Assembly: GCA_963733035.1 (NCBI GenBank)
Contig: CAVTBU010000005.1
Location: 2,922,951 to 2,986,950, forward strand
Direction: 5' to 3'
Origin: Pirellulales bacterium
GTDB taxonomy: Bacteria > Planctomycetota > Planctomycetia > Pirellulales > PALSA-1355
Length of the DNA stretch: 64,000 nucleotides
The notes beneath the pieces are model-generated. The model worked only from the letters and a program-made list of their open reading frames with translations, was not told the DNA's origin and ran no database searches. Each line of letters opens with the position of its first letter. Position 1 is the first letter of the stretch. The position numbers and the translations under genes are program-made. This document shows, piece after piece, positions 37,695 to 47,735 of this stretch.

Positions 37695-38726
37695 GTGCCG
37701 CCTCTGCCTCCGCTCCCCGACGTGCGCCGTTTCGATTCCGATAATGGCGTTCGCATCTATCGGATCTCAAGCGAAGCCTTTCCCGGCTTCGTCGTCCACG
37801 TTTATTTGCTGCTTGAAGCGGGCGTGCCGACGCTGATCGATGCTGGCAGCGGCTTTGGGGACGCAAACGCACAGCTAATGACCGGCCTGGAGAGGGTGCG
37901 AACCGAGTTCGGCGAGTCGGTCAGCCCGGCTGATATCAAGCGGATCATCATCACGCACGGCCACATCGATCACTTTGGCGGCCTGGCATTTCTGCATCAA
38001 CAAATGCCGCAGGCTGAGATTGCGATTCACCAACTTGACGCTCGGATTCTCACCGCCTTTGAAGAGCGAGTGGCGGTAGCGAAGAAGGCGATCAAGCAGT
38101 TTCTGCAACAAGCTGGCGTGGGTGGGGCAATGTTGCAGGGGTTTTTGGACGTCTATGGATATTCGAAGAAGAACATGCACAGCTTGCCAGTGGCCCGCAC
38201 CCTGGCCGATCACGACGAATGGGACGGCATGCGATTCATCCATACACCCGGCCATTGCCCGGGTCAGGTATGCATTGCGATCGGCGATGTCTTGTTGAGC
38301 GCCGACCATGTGCTGCCGGAAATCTCGCCGCACCAGGCACCCGAAAGCATCATGCCGTACACGGGTCTGGGGCACTACCTCGATTCACTGCACAAGATCG
38401 GCCAAGTGCCTGGTATTCGACTGACACTGGGCGGACATCAGGGGCCAATCGACGACGTCTACAAGCGCGTCGCGGACATTCGTCAAGGCCATGAGCGGAA
38501 GCTGGAAAAGATTCTGGACGTGATCCGCAGATCGCCGGAACCGTTGACGGTGAACGACGTATCTCAGCAACTCTATGTTCACGTGAAGGGGTTTCACGTG
38601 TTGCTGGCCATCGAGGAAGTAGCCGCACACGTCGAGTATTTGTATCAGCACAACCGCCTGGCGATCGCGAATCTCGATCAATACCAGGCGGAGGACAATC
38701 CGGCGATACGCTACGTGGTGGCGTAA
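37695..38726 (+). CDS. MBL-fold metallo-hydrolase
   Basis: THGHIDHFGG, HTPGHCPG, ADHVL, GGH; C-terminal winged-helix-like segment. Confidence 0.9.
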   Translation: MPPLPPLPDVRRFDSDNGVRIYRISSEAFPGFVVHVYLLLEAGVPTLIDAGSGFGDANAQLMTGLERVRTEFGESVSPADIKRIIITHGHIDHFGGLAFLHQQMPQAEIAIHQLDARILTAFEERVAVAKKAIKQFLQQAGVGGAMLQGFLDVYGYSKKNMHSLPVARTLADHDEWDGMRFIHTPGHCPGQVCIAIGDVLLSADHVLPEISPHQAPESIMPYTGLGHYLDSLHKIGQVPGIRLTLGGHQGPIDDVYKRVADIRQGHERKLEKILDVIRRSPEPLTVNDVSQQLYVHVKGFHVLLAIEEVAAHVEYLYQHNRLAIANLDQYQAEDNPAIRYVVA

Positions 38727-38915
38727 GTGTTCTCGGCGAGCGAACTTACCACGCCCGTGGCGTGACCTCTGGGGGACGCTGTGGCAGCGCTGCGTGGTTT
38801 GTCGCGATTCACTGGCCGCACCACGCGTCTGCTACACTTGAGCTGGACCCGGCGGGCGTTTCGCCAGGTTGTTTGTTGACATCGGATTTTTCACGAAGAC
38901 GACTGGAGGTGCCTG

Positions 38916-39856
38916 ATGCACTCGCTGACCGTTGCTGCGCGTCGATGGAGAGTCGGGTGCATTGCGCTGACCGTTGCCGTGGTTGGGATGTGCGCCTCGC
39001 CGGCACTGGCCCAGACCAAGCTCCGCTGGAAGTTTCAGGCCGGGGAGAAGGTGAACTACGAGATGAACATGGTGATGGTCCAGTCGATGAACTTCGGAGA
39101 CCAGCCGATAAACACGAAAGTCAGCCAGCTCATGAACATGACGTGGCAGGCAAAAGAAGTTGCAGACGACGGAACCGCCGTGATGGAGCAAACGATCGAC
39201 CGAATCCGCGTCGAGATCGTGCCGCCCGGCGCCGATCCGACACCCATCAAGTACGATTCACAAAGCAAAGAACAAGCAAAGGGTACCGAGATGCTTGCTC
39301 CGCTGTTTGGCGCCATGGTGGGTCAACCAATGACGTTAACTGTTACGCCGCTCGGTGAAGTCAGGGATATCGTGCTTGCGCCGGGATGCTGGAGTTGATG
39401 AAGAAGGCCGGCCCGGGGCAGATGGGATCGATGTTTTCCGAGGATTCGATGAAGCAGATGATCAGCCGTAGCATGGTTGGCTTTCCGGACGAAGTGAAAA
39501 AGGGACAAACATGGGATGCCAAGGTGGAGACCCCTAATCCAGTTGTTGGCAAGCAGATTGTCGAAACGGAATATCGGTACGCGGGTCCGGAGGAACGTGA
39601 CGGGCGCAGCGCGGAAAAAATCGACGTCGAGATAAAGCTGTCATTCGAATCGGGCCCCAACGCCCAAGCCAAGGTCACGATGAAAGACCAATCGGGCAAA
39701 GGGGTCATCTACTTTGACAATCAACAGGGGCTTCCCTTGGAAACCGACGTGACGAGCAAGATGACCTTGGAAATTGCCGTCGGCGACAAGACGTTCGAAC
39801 AGGCCGTGACGACCAAGGTGGCGATGAAGCAGGTTGCTCCGGCGACGACGCAATAG
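38916..39856 (+). CDS. exported DUF6263-like beta-rich protein (frameshift near 39385)
   Basis: Signal peptide ending ALA, KLRWKFQAGEKVNYEM...; continues MLELMKK...GKGVIYFDNQQG. Confidence 0.7.
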
Positions 39857-39884
39857 TCTTCTCGGGGCAAGGCTATCTGCTGAT

Positions 39885-41273
39885 TTATCGCGGGCGGTCG
39901 ATCGGCAAGTAGTCGGATTTGGTTCGGGCTTGCAAAAGTAGCCGTTCAGCCTGGGCAATCAGATCGGCGTGCTGCGCCGCGAGATTCTGCTGCTCGCCGG
40001 GATCGCGTTCGAGGTCGTAGAGTTCGAGTGACTCATCCGGGGAGTTCTTTACGAACTTCCAGCGACCCAGCCGAATTGCCTGGCTGAAGCCGCGTTCTGG
40101 GAACTCCCAGTAGAAATACTGATGCTTCTGTTGCGGATGGCCGGCTGCTTGATCGCCTAGCAGAGTCGGCACCATCGAAACGCCGTCGATGCCCTGAGGG
40201 GCCGTCGCTCCAGCGAGTTCGGCCAGCGTTGGGAGGACGTCCCAGAATGCCCAGGGCGTATCGTTCGTGGTGCCCGGCGAGATCTTGCCGGGGTAGCGAA
40301 CGATCATCGGCACGCGAATTCCACCCTCGTATAACGCACGCTTGAAGCCCCGCAAGGGGCCGGAGCTGTCGAAGAACTTCGGATCGGCGCCTCCTTCACG
40401 ATGCGGTCCGTTATCACTGGTAAAGAACACGATCGTGTTTTGGTCGAGATTCAGCTCGTGGAGTTTATCGAGCAGTTGGCCAACTTGTGTATCGAGGTAC
40501 GTAATCATGGCGGCATGGTTCTTCTGCGGCTGCGGCCAGGACTCTTTGCCGTAGGGCGCGTCGTTGGGCACTTCCATTCCTTGCTTGCCCGCCTCGTTGT
40601 TGGCGTGGGGCAGCGTGGCTGCCAAGTAGAGGAAGAAACGATCGTGTTGGTGGCGGTCGAGAAACGCCAAGGCTTCATGTGCGAAGAGATCAGCCGAGTA
40701 AGTTACTTTCTTGGTTGCCACGCCGCGATCGACGACGTTTTCCAGTGGTACCCGCTCTTCACCGCGCCACAGATAGTCGGGATAGTAATTATGCGCATGC
40801 CGCTGATTGAGATACCCAAACCACGTGTCGAATCCCTGCCGTGTTGGGATTCCGGTTGTCCCCGGTTCTCCAAGCCCCCACTTGCCGACGATGCCGGTCG
40901 TGTAGCCCGCGCTCTTGAGTACTTCAGCCACGGTGACATCCTGCGGCTCGAGCGGCACCAGAGCGTTGGACCGAACGCGCGCGTGACCCGTGTGCAAGCC
41001 GGTCATCAGTGTGCATCGAGACGGCGCGCAGACGGTGCTGCCGGCATAGCACGACGTGAATCGCACGCCCTCGGCCGCCAGGCGGTCGATATTCGGCGTG
41101 CGAATTCGCTTCTGGCCATAGCAGCCCAGATCGCCGTATCCCAGGTCGTCGGCCAGGATGAAGATGATATTGGGTCGCGGCGCCTGCGACTCGGCCCAAG
41201 CGGTCGTTGTCGCAAACAACGGCCACGAGAGCGAAGCGGCGAACAGAAATCGGTAAGTGACGGATCGTGGCAC
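39885..41273 (-). CDS. arylsulfatase (Cys-type, formylglycine-dependent)
   Basis: PNIIFILADDLGYGD, CAPSRCTLMTG, GKWGLG, FTSDNG, YEGGIRVP, ELYDL. Confidence 0.95.
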   Translation of the reverse strand: MPRSVTYRFLFAASLSWPLFATTTAWAESQAPRPNIIFILADDLGYGDLGCYGQKRIRTPNIDRLAAEGVRFTSCYAGSTVCAPSRCTLMTGLHTGHARVRSNALVPLEPQDVTVAEVLKSAGYTTGIVGKWGLGEPGTTGIPTRQGFDTWFGYLNQRHAHNYYPDYLWRGEERVPLENVVDRGVATKKVTYSADLFAHEALAFLDRHQHDRFFLYLAATLPHANNEAGKQGMEVPNDAPYGKESWPQPQKNHAAMITYLDTQVGQLLDKLHELNLDQNTIVFFTSDNGPHREGGADPKFFDSSGPLRGFKRALYEGGIRVPMIVRYPGKISPGTTNDTPWAFWDVLPTLAELAGATAPQGIDGVSMVPTLLGDQAAGHPQQKHQYFYWEFPERGFSQAIRLGRWKFVKNSPDESLELYDLERDPGEQQNLAAQHADLIAQAERLLLQARTKSDYLPIDRPR

Positions 41274-41385
41274 GAATTCGTCGGCTTTGAACGTGCAGTG
41301 TGAACGAGGTGTTGGCGTTCAGTATGCGTTCGGAGCGCGACGAGATCAAACCAAAGACATCGGGCCGGCCGCAACGCTGTCCCGT

Positions 41386-42093
41386 CTATCGTCGCCGTCG
41401 CCGCCAGCGCCATGCTGCCAGGCCGAGCAACCCAAACGTCGCTAGGACAAAGCTCGACGGTTCTGGTGTGGGATATTCGACGACGACAATGCCGGTTTCC
41501 GTCGGATCGTCTCCCCAGACTTGCTGGGTCTCGGTGCCGACCCAGAGCAATGCCTTGTGAATGTCGAGGAAATGGGGAGGGTCGATGGGCGGAAACTTGA
41601 CATCGACCGCCGTCGGATCGGAACCTCCGAGCGGTTCCGACGGCCATGGAAGGCCATCGCGGGTGATTAGCGATGTTCCGACCGGAAACAGATCCGGGAA
41701 GCTGGGGTCGCCTGGCGTAACCCAAACCCAGCCGGGTGTCACAATTCGTTCATGCCAGTCGGAAACCGATTGCCCATCAGGTGGCCCCACGATGGTATAC
41801 AGTTCGTCGACTAAGATGGGCAATGGTTGCAGCGCGTCGAGAAGGATCGGACCTCCCGCGGCCGTGATTGGCGATTGGAACACCTTGGTCATTGGTGGAG
41901 CCGTCGGATTGAAGACCAGACTCGCTTGCACGTACCACTGACCCGGGATGGGGGCAAAGTCTACATTAAAGGTGGCTCCCTGGCCTCCCGACATGTTGTA
42001 CCCGGCCACGATGAGCTGACCGCGAGCACTTGGCAGGGAGCACAGGAAGAGTACAGCTGCAAAAGCGCAGACACATCCGCGAATACGCAACAT
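41386..42093 (-). CDS. PEP-CTERM sorting domain protein
   Basis: Signal peptide; C-terminal TPEPSSFVLATFGLLGLAAWRWRRRRR. Confidence 0.9.
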   Translation of the reverse strand: MLRIRGCVCAFAAVLFLCSLPSARGQLIVAGYNMSGGQGATFNVDFAPIPGQWYVQASLVFNPTAPPMTKVFQSPITAAGGPILLDALQPLPILVDELYTIVGPPDGQSVSDWHERIVTPGWVWVTPGDPSFPDLFPVGTSLITRDGLPWPSEPLGGSDPTAVDVKFPPIDPPHFLDIHKALLWVGTETQQVWGDDPTETGIVVVEYPTPEPSSFVLATFGLLGLAAWRWRRRRR

Positions 42094-42518
42094 GGTGAGA
42101 TCCTCGTAGGGGCAAGGCAAAGTGGCAGACCAAGAACACCCTCGCTTCTCTATTCCAAGAAATTCAGAGAGAGTCGGAGTTCAGATGGTCGAACACTAGC
42201 GGCCTCCTACGAGCGCCAGAGCAGGCAGATTAATGGCCAATCAAAAAGTTAATTTAGTAGGACCAGCGTTGATTGACAAGAAGGAACCCGAGATTTTGTT
42301 CGATATATGCTTAGACCCACGTGTCGGGTATGACACTGGACGTCAATGATGCGAGTAACTCATTACCAATTGGCGGCTTACGGATCCTGGCATCGCAATT
42401 CACGAGGGGGTCGCTGCGTTTTGACGCGCGGCAATGGGTCCACATGCATCAGGAACGAGGGCCCCACGAAGAAAGAATTGACGGTTCCGAACCAGCGATC
42501 TCGGCCGCGCGGAATTCG

Positions 42519-45500
42519 CTAGGGTGTGGACTGAAGTTCAGGTTCGTCACCTGAGTGCGGAGTGCGCGGAGCGAACCATGGGTAGATTGCCGGCAGAACC
42601 AGGGCGGTGAGCATCGTGGCAGTGATCAGTCCGCCGATCACGACGGACGCCAGCGGTCGCTGAATCTCGGCGCCGGCCGTGGTCGAGACGGCCATCGGCA
42701 AAAAGCCCAGGCTTGCCACCAGGGCCGTCATCAACACCGGTCGCAACCGCTGCAGCGCGGCCTCGCGCGCCGCGGCGCGGGGTCTCATTCCGGCGGCACG
42801 CAAGTGCTCGGCCGCGCTGACCCAAACCAAACCGTTTAGTACCGCGACGCCAAACAGCGCGATGAAGCCCACGCCGGCTGAAATACTAAATGGCATACCA
42901 CGCAGCGCGAGTGCGAAAACTCCTCCGGACGCGGCGATCGGCACGGCGGAGAAGATCAGCAAGGCCAGCGACGTCGACTTGAACGTCGAATAGAGCAACA
43001 GGAAGATCAGCAGCAGCACGATCGGTGTGATCAGCGTTAGACGCAGGCTGGCCGATTGCAGGTTCTCAAAATCGCCGCCCCAAGTGATAGTGTAGCCGGG
43101 AGGCAGTTCGACCTGTTTGGCGATGGCTCGTTGCGCCTCGTAGACAAAGCTGGCCACGTCGCGGTTTCGTACGTTCACCGACACGTATGTACGACGTCGC
43201 GTCGCCTCGTGATCGATGCCCGGAGGAGTTTCCTCAAGGATCACATCTGCCAAATCGCCGAGCGGAACCTGGCGGCCGCCAATTTTGTTGACGGGGATCT
43301 GTTCGAGCAGATAGGCATTTTCTCGCCATTCGAGCGGATAGCGCACGATGATTGGAAAGCGAGCGCGGCCTTCAAGAACCTGACCCACTTCGTGACCGCC
43401 GATAGTGGACACCGCGTTCATGACTTCGGTCGAATCGACGCCGTAGCGGGCTAGCAGATCTGGCTCGGTAGCGATGCGCAACGTGGGAATGTTGGCCTGA
43501 TAGTCCGCTTTGACGTCGGCGGCCCCGGGAATTTCTCGGAGCACGCTCTCGATTTCTTTCCCCTTGCGACCCAGTACTTCCAAATCGTCGCCATAGAGCA
43601 GCACCGCCACGTCGGCCTTGACGCCGGCCACGAGTTCGTCGACCCGCATCTCGATCGGCTGGCTGAAGCCGAACTTGACGCCGGGGACGTGTTCGTTGAG
43701 CTCGGCCGACATGGCTTCGATCAGCTCGTTGCGAGTCTTGTACTGGGGCCACTCGTCGACCGGCTTGAGGATGACCCAGGTGTCGGTTTGATGAACGCCC
43801 ATGACATCGTTGGCGATTTCGGGCCGGCCTGTCTTGCAGAAGACGGTTTTTACCTCGGGAAAGGCCAACAGCCGCTTCTCGATATCGGTCGTCATTGCGA
43901 GGGAATCTTCGAGCGACGCGCTGGGTAGTCGCACCACTTCAATCAGCAGATCGCCCTCGTCGAGGCGAGGCATGAACTCGGCGCCCAGGTTCAACGCAAT
44001 GGGTATGCTACCGATGAACACGGTAAGCGCGATGGCTGTCGTGATCACTGGATGACGGACGACGCGACCCACGAGCGGGCGATAGAACCATTTAATCAGG
44101 CGGAGCAACCAAACTTCCTTCTCCTTGATGTTTTTGGGAAGGAACATGGCAGCCAAGACGGGCATCAGCGTAAGCGAAAGCACGAGAGATCCACCGAGGG
44201 CAAACAACACGGTCAGCGCCATCGGCCGAAAAAGTTTGCCTTCCGTACCTTGCAGCGCCAGGATCGGCAAGTAGACGACGGCGATGATCAATTCGCCGAA
44301 CATGGTGGGCTTGCGGACCTCGACGGCGGCCTCGCGGACGATGACGTCGTGCGGGGCCGTGCCGCGTTCGTGAGAGAGTCGCCGGATACAGTTTTCGATC
44401 ATGATCACCGAACTGTCGACAATCAGGCCGAAATCGATCGCCCCCAGGCTCATCAGGCTGGCCGTGATACCCGTGGCGGCCATGACGTTGGTGGCGAACA
44501 GCATTGAGAGGGGGATAGCCAGAGCCACGACAATCCCGGCTCGAACGCTTCCGAGCAGAAACAGCAGCACGACGATTACCAAGGCCCCGCCTTCCACGAG
44601 GTTGTGAAGGACCGTGTCGAGCGTGCGTTCGATCAGGCTGGCGCGATCGTAAATGACTTCCAGAGTGACGCCTTTCGGGAGCGTCGGTTCGATCTTGGCG
44701 AGTTGCTCCTTGGCCCGGTGAACGACGGTGCGCGAGTTTTCTCCGAGCAGCATCATCACCATGCCGGTGACGGCTTCGCCCCGCCCGTCGCGAGTCACGG
44801 CGCCTTGACGCGTAAGCGGCGCGATTTGAACGGTCGCCAAATCACGGACGAGCAGGGGCACCCCCTCATCGCGCTTGCGAACGGTCACGTTCTCGATGTC
44901 GGAGACGTTTTTGAGTAACGACTGGCCGCGAATGAAACGCTGCTCGCCGTAATGTACGACGTAGCCGCCGCCGGTGCTGGAATTGTTGCGGGCCAGGGCA
45001 TCGAACAGCTCACCGAGCGATACGTTGTGAGAGGCGAGCCGGTCGGGATCGATTGTGATCTCGAAGGTCTTATAAAAGCCGCCATGCACGTTGACGTCGG
45101 TTACGCCCGGCACTTGCCGGAGTTGTGGAGCGATTTCCCATTCGAGCAAGGTGCGCAGGTCCATCTCGGTGTAGCCGGCGCCCTTGACTTCAAACTGCAG
45201 CACTTCGCCCAGGGCCGTCGTCAGGACGCCCATGGACGGGCTGCCGTAGCCTTGAACGATCCGCTCGCGGGCCTCCGGCAGCCGTTCGCCAACGAGTTGG
45301 CGGGCGCGATAGATGTCGGTTCCTTCCCGAAACACGATCGTGACGAGCGAGAGTCCGAACTTTGAAACGCTACGGAGTTGCTCCACGTTTGGCAGGCCAT
45401 TCATCGTGGACTCAACTGGATACGTCACGTACCGTTCTACTTCCAGCGGTGACAGCGCGCCGGCTTTGGTCACGACCTGCACTTGCACGTTGGTTAGGTC

Positions 45501-45620
45501 GGGCACGGCATCGATGGGTATCACGAGGGCGCTATAGACGCCGCCGACCGCCATTAGTGCGACGACGGTCAGCACCAGAAAGCGATTTGCCAGCGAGAAA
45601 TCAATCAGCGACGAAAGCAT
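42519..45620 (-). CDS. czcA: CzcA/CusA-family heavy-metal RND efflux permease
   Basis: IDAVPDLTNVQVQV, MSLGAIDFGLIVDSSVIMIEN, GVGFIALFGVAVLNG, RLRPVLMTALVASLGF. Confidence 0.92.
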   Translation of the reverse strand: MLSSLIDFSLANRFLVLTVVALMAVGGVYSALVIPIDAVPDLTNVQVQVVTKAGALSPLEVERYVTYPVESTMNGLPNVEQLRSVSKFGLSLVTIVFREGTDIYRARQLVGERLPEARERIVQGYGSPSMGVLTTALGEVLQFEVKGAGYTEMDLRTLLEWEIAPQLRQVPGVTDVNVHGGFYKTFEITIDPDRLASHNVSLGELFDALARNNSSTGGGYVVHYGEQRFIRGQSLLKNVSDIENVTVRKRDEGVPLLVRDLATVQIAPLTRQGAVTRDGRGEAVTGMVMMLLGENSRTVVHRAKEQLAKIEPTLPKGVTLEVIYDRASLIERTLDTVLHNLVEGGALVIVVLLFLLGSVRAGIVVALAIPLSMLFATNVMAATGITASLMSLGAIDFGLIVDSSVIMIENCIRRLSHERGTAPHDVIVREAAVEVRKPTMFGELIIAVVYLPILALQGTEGKLFRPMALTVLFALGGSLVLSLTLMPVLAAMFLPKNIKEKEVWLLRLIKWFYRPLVGRVVRHPVITTAIALTVFIGSIPIALNLGAEFMPRLDEGDLLIEVVRLPSASLEDSLAMTTDIEKRLLAFPEVKTVFCKTGRPEIANDVMGVHQTDTWVILKPVDEWPQYKTRNELIEAMSAELNEHVPGVKFGFSQPIEMRVDELVAGVKADVAVLLYGDDLEVLGRKGKEIESVLREIPGAADVKADYQANIPTLRIATEPDLLARYGVDSTEVMNAVSTIGGHEVGQVLEGRARFPIIVRYPLEWRENAYLLEQIPVNKIGGRQVPLGDLADVILEETPPGIDHEATRRRTYVSVNVRNRDVASFVYEAQRAIAKQVELPPGYTITWGGDFENLQSASLRLTLITPIVLLLIFLLLYSTFKSTSLALLIFSAVPIAASGGVFALALRGMPFSISAGVGFIALFGVAVLNGLVWVSAAEHLRAAGMRPRAAAREAALQRLRPVLMTALVASLGFLPMAVSTTAGAEIQRPLASVVIGGLITATMLTALVLPAIYPWFAPRTPHSGDEPELQSTP

Positions 45621-45667
45621 GAGTAACTCATCGGGGAGAAGAACGAGTCAGGATCGCGGCCTAGGAA

Positions 45668-47197
45668 TTAGGACTCCACTTCGCCGAGCAGCAGTTCGCT
45701 CTTGAGTGTGAACACGCCGCGGTCGACGACTTTCTGGCCAGGGGTGAGGCCGTGCCGGATCTCGACGAAGTCGCCGGCCGTTCGACCCAGGTCGACGTCG
45801 ACACGTCGATAGGTTCCGGGCTTTTCCTCCACAAACACAAACGCTTTTTCCTCGTGCCGCGTGACCGCGCTAAGCGGAACGACCAATACCTGCTGAGGGG
45901 TGCTCACGGGAATCGATACCCAGGCGAACATGCCTGGCTTGAAATGACCGTCAACGTTCGTGAATTCGGCCACTAGCGGCACCGCGCCGCTTTCGGCCGA
46001 CGTGGTTACCGCCGTGAACAAAACACGAGCCTGCACGAGATGATCGGGCACGGCTGGCGCCTCGACCATGACTTCTTTTACATTCGAGTCGTTGAGCAAA
46101 GCCCACTCTCGATCGTAGATGTGTGCCGAGACCCGGAGCATGTCGGTGTTGGTGATCGTAAATAGCACTTGCGAGGCGTCAAAGTGCACGTCGTCGGTGA
46201 CCAGCCGCTCCTCCACGACGCCGTCGATGGGAGATCGCAAGATGAGTTCGCAGATGGTGTCATCTTGTTGCGTGGGAGACACTTCCGCGAACTGACCAAG
46301 CAGAAGGTCCAGTTTTTGATTTGTAACGGAAAGCACGCGTTGTGCACGTTCGAGCGCGGCATCGGCGCGAATTCGCTGCTGAGACGAGTCAAATAGTGAC
46401 TGCTCGAGCGCGCTTTTGAATTGCGCGGCAGCCACTTCGCGACTACTGTGGCGCTCCTCGGCGATGATGCCGCTGACACCCCCCGTCGCGACGACCGAGT
46501 CCGTACTCTCGGCGATTTTGCGGGCCACCAGCAATTTGGAATAGGCCGGCAGAACTGACTCGCGGTGTGGTCCTAGCAAGCGGTCGCCAAACTCGCGTTC
46601 GACGACCTTCATTTCCGGCTCGTCCTTCAGCAGCTTTCGCAGCGCATCGACGTTCGCCGCTATTTCGTCGGCCCATTGGCTTTCCTTGCGTGCCAACTCG
46701 ACATTGGCTTCGGCCGAGACGACTTCGGTGCGGGCCATACCGACTTCGGTACTGGTGAGGACGGCTAGCGTATCGCCACGCTTGACGTTTTGGCCCTGTT
46801 GTACGAGCACGTTCTTCAGCACGCCCCCGACCGGAAGTTTTACGCTAATCCGCCGTGAGGTGTTGTAGCCGATCCGGCCGGGAACTCGGCGAACGTCGTG
46901 CAACTCCTGCATCGCGAGCGCCGTCGAGTGAATATCCGCGATCTGGCGTTTGCCGGGAGGAAGTTCGACCACCGAGGGCGAGCCAGCGGCGGGGATGTCG
47001 GCCGTTGTGGCAGTTTCGACCGCGGGTGTCGTTTGCGACAGGGTATACCAAGCGACCGAACCCGCAGCGACCGACAACGCAGCGGCCACGCCACCCAGGA
47101 GCACCGGCCTGGGCACGCGGGCCAGCGGCCAGCGCAGTGGTAACCAGGAAGTTTCAATTTTCTCGCGCACCGAACAGCTCCCTTGACGAGGAGGCAA
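45668..47197 (-). CDS. RND periplasmic adaptor subunit (CzcB-like)
   Basis: N-terminal TM, LRSPIDGVV lipoyl half-motif, long helical hairpin, FKPGMFA, GLTPGQKVV; start uncertain. Confidence 0.88.
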   Translation of the reverse strand: MPPRQGSCSVREKIETSWLPLRWPLARVPRPVLLGGVAAALSVAAGSVAWYTLSQTTPAVETATTADIPAAGSPSVVELPPGKRQIADIHSTALAMQELHDVRRVPGRIGYNTSRRISVKLPVGGVLKNVLVQQGQNVKRGDTLAVLTSTEVGMARTEVVSAEANVELARKESQWADEIAANVDALRKLLKDEPEMKVVEREFGDRLLGPHRESVLPAYSKLLVARKIAESTDSVVATGGVSGIIAEERHSSREVAAAQFKSALEQSLFDSSQQRIRADAALERAQRVLSVTNQKLDLLLGQFAEVSPTQQDDTICELILRSPIDGVVEERLVTDDVHFDASQVLFTITNTDMLRVSAHIYDREWALLNDSNVKEVMVEAPAVPDHLVQARVLFTAVTTSAESGAVPLVAEFTNVDGHFKPGMFAWVSIPVSTPQQVLVVPLSAVTRHEEKAFVFVEEKPGTYRRVDVDLGRTAGDFVEIRHGLTPGQKVVDRGVFTLKSELLLGEVES

Positions 47198-47249
47198 TAA
47201 ACAAGAAAATCGCGAAGTTGCGACTATTCAAAACGTCAAGAAAGCGCAC

Positions 47250-47642
47250 TCAAAACAAAAACGACGAGTGCAAAGCGCGCAGTTTCCTGCCAGAAAGTGG
47301 CGGAGACCACAGGAGATCGAGCGGGTCCAGGAATTCACCCGGACTATCCAACTCGGCGGTTTGAGACAGCGATTCGCGATTCTGCACCAACGGACACCAT
47401 TTGGCCAGATCGAGCGGAACGACCGTGGGGGCCTCAACAAAGAATGCGCCGCGGCAAATGCAACCCGACTCGTTTTGTTCGCGCGGCGGCGAATGCGGGG
47501 CGATTCCCCCGTCTGGCGCTGCATCCGCGGTCGTCCAGGCAACGAAATACGCCACCGACTCCGCCTGATGCCGCAGGCAGTCAAATGGGCAGCACGTGGT
47601 GCTCACGGCAGCCAAAATCGCAATGAACAGACGAGTGGGCAT
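47250..47642 (-). CDS. small Cys-rich leader-like protein upstream of the RND genes
   Basis: Hydrophobic N-terminus, CCPFDC, GCICRGA, C-terminus PPLSGRKLRALHSSFLF. Confidence 0.65.
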   Translation of the reverse strand: MPTRLFIAILAAVSTTCCPFDCLRHQAESVAYFVAWTTADAAPDGGIAPHSPPREQNESGCICRGAFFVEAPTVVPLDLAKWCPLVQNRESLSQTAELDSPGEFLDPLDLLWSPPLSGRKLRALHSSFLF

Positions 47643-47735
47643 GCAACGCTCTCAGGTGGGACAATTCAAGTCTATTTCCCGCCAGGGCCGTGTCAACCTT
47701 CTGGTTGCCGGGGCGAGCCGGGCGGGCCGAACCTG

